Shown here: positions 62,624 through 64,000 of the stretch, in pieces
Numbering within the stretch: the stretch's first letter is position 1
Layout of the letters: each line of letters starts with the position of its first letter
Origin: an uncultured delta proteobacterium
GTDB lineage: Bacteria; Desulfobacterota; Desulfobaccia; Desulfobaccales; 0-14-0-80-60-11
DNA length: 64,000 nucleotides
Direction: 5' to 3'
NCBI GenBank assembly: GCA_963812015.1
Contig: CAWETI010000003.1
Coordinates: 416,001-480,000, forward strand
Made by a program: the position numbers and the translations under genes
Notes under the pieces: model-generated
Database searches by the model: none
What the model was told of the DNA's origin: nothing
What the model saw: only the letters and a program-made list of their open reading frames with translations

Positions 62624-62797
62624 ATGACGCAAGACCGTCTGATGAGACCCAGGGAAGTGGCCAACCGGCTGGCGGTGTCCAGATCCACGGTGTACCGCTG
62701 GTTTTGGGAGGGTAAGCTCAAGGGCGTCAAGATCACCGGGGGTACGGTCAGAATCCTGGAGAGCGCCATGAGGGATAAGATGGCCGAGATTTATTAA
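62624..62797 (+). CDS. HTH_17/excisionase-like DNA-binding protein
   Basis: MTQDRLMRPREVANRLAVSRSTVYRW..EGKL.G; RBS ggagg. Confidence 0.8.
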   Translation: MTQDRLMRPREVANRLAVSRSTVYRWFWEGKLKGVKITGGTVRILESAMRDKMAEIY

Positions 62798-63060
62798 GGC
62801 GAACAGCGAGGTGATCAGACAGAGGCAAGATCGAACCGAGCGGCGGGGAAGCGCGGTCAAAGCCATCAGAAAAAGGGGTGCTGAGGATAGAGATTAAACC
62901 GGGCCGGCCCGGCAAGGCTCGGGGTGATTGCAGATGCGGGGGCAGAACAGGGGCCGCGGCTTTTATTTATTTTTTTTTTAAGAGGAGCAATGAGAGCTGA
63001 AGGACAACTGTTCCAGGCGTGCTGGAGATTAACCGGACTTTGTCGTATATCCAGGCAACC

Positions 63061-63531
63061 ATGACAGCGATCAGAAGCAGACCGAGGCGGGGAAAACGGG
63101 AACTTTATTGGGAGGACGCTCAATCACTTTTTCTGGCGGGCAAGGGACTGGAAGAAATTCGGCAGTTGCTGCCGGTGGCCCTCTCGACCTTAAAGCAGTG
63201 GCACCAAGAAGGACAGTGGGAAGAAAAAAGGCGGCAGGTACCGGTATCCCCCCGTTGGTTGGGTGAGGCTTTAAAGGGGGTCCTGAGGGAAAAGGCCGGC
63301 CGGCTCATCGTTAAAGGCGATCTGAAAACGACGGAGCTGGATGAAATCACCAAGCTGGTGACCCTCCTGGACCGCCTGTGCAGCCAGGGATGGGACATGC
63401 GGGCGGCGGCCTTGGAAGTGATGGACCGGTTCATTGAATTTTTGCGAGGCTGGGTGAAGGATCAGGAGGAATTGAAGCGGATTTCGTTCCGGGTCCAGGA
63501 GTTTTTCCGGCAACTGGAAGAAGAGACCTGA
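63061..63531 (+). CDS. Phage-type HTH protein, probable small terminase (Mu-like, DUF1804-like)
   Basis: A..LF..G..L.EI...L.V...TL..W...G.W..KR; directly upstream of terminase. Confidence 0.65.
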   Translation: MTAIRSRPRRGKRELYWEDAQSLFLAGKGLEEIRQLLPVALSTLKQWHQEGQWEEKRRQVPVSPRWLGEALKGVLREKAGRLIVKGDLKTTELDEITKLVTLLDRLCSQGWDMRAAALEVMDRFIEFLRGWVKDQEELKRISFRVQEFFRQLEEET

Positions 63532-63633
63532 TCCGGGGTTCAGCCGAGGGCGGGGCGCAGGGCGCCCCCACAAGGTATCGAATGATTTTGACGGCGGGCA
63601 CGGAGGCCCGCGCCACTGGCACAAGGACGTACC

Positions 63634-64000
63634 ATGACCTTAAACAAGAAGTTGACCAAAAGTGAGTTTCGCCAGCGGGCCGATAAGATCCTGATGCGTC
63701 TGTCTTTGGAAGTAACGCCCTTTTGGGAGGACAGCGAAGACAGGCGCAAGCAGCGATTGGAGCGGGCCGCAGCGGACCCCTTATATTTCTGCCGCACTTA
63801 TCTGCCTCATTATTTTGCCCACGCGCCGGCGCCTTTCCACCATGAATTGGTGCAGATGCTGGAGCAGCGGGACGGCGAAGCGGTGACGCCCACGGCGGTG
63901 GCCGCGCCCCGGGAGTTTGCCAAAACCACGGTCTGCACCTTTGGATACGTTCTCCATCAAATCTGCCACCGAAGACGGCATTTCATTCTGATCGGCAGCG
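63634..64000 (+). CDS. Mu-like terminase large subunit, truncated by window edge
   Basis: Manual translation ...YFCRTYLPHYF...FH...AAPREFAKT...FILIGS (Walker A variant). Confidence 0.75.
   Translation, partial: MTLNKKLTKSEFRQRADKILMRLSLEVTPFWEDSEDRRKQRLERAAADPLYFCRTYLPHYFAHAPAPFHHELVQMLEQRDGEAVTPTAVAAPREFAKTTVCTFGYVLHQICHRRRHFILIGS

Noticed and set aside
1..64000. CRISPR array, tRNA or rRNA genes
   Set aside because: No regularly spaced repeat-spacer units, cloverleaf or rRNA-like sequence seen

Overview
GC-rich bacterial chromosome segment whose gene content (QFR frdCAB, ftsH-folP-cdaA-cdaR, GEMM riboswitch) suggests a Desulfobacterota/deltaproteobacterial host; this is inference only. The dominant feature is a ~40.8 kb integrated element (3618-44462) that splits a yjbQ (UPF0047) gene. 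Both junctions share a 2-bp core, and an attP with imperfect inverted symmetry can be reconstructed. The large serine integrase reads through the att site and would gain a different C-terminus on excision. The element's backbone looks like a phage satellite: integrase, excisionase-like HTH, XRE regulator, a tyrosine recombinase with an adjacent palindrome, and terminase-like genes, with no recognisable capsid, portal or tail genes. Its cargo is a signalling set: a PAS histidine kinase, two NarL-type regulators, two GGEEF cyclases, three HD-GYP proteins and a c-di-GMP-I riboswitch. It also carries many IS elements (IS3 with a nested copy, IS630, IS1380, IS110). The IS110 (IS1111-group) copy has a readable bridge/seek RNA whose loops match its own target flanks and donor junction. 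Outside the element are a 177-bp duplication of the cyclophilin 3' end around a one-gene islet, housekeeping genes, a Phd/Doc-type TA pair, REP/MITE-like repeats, and the start of a Mu-like terminase cluster at the right edge. Several in-frame stops and frameshifts may be decay or sequencing error.
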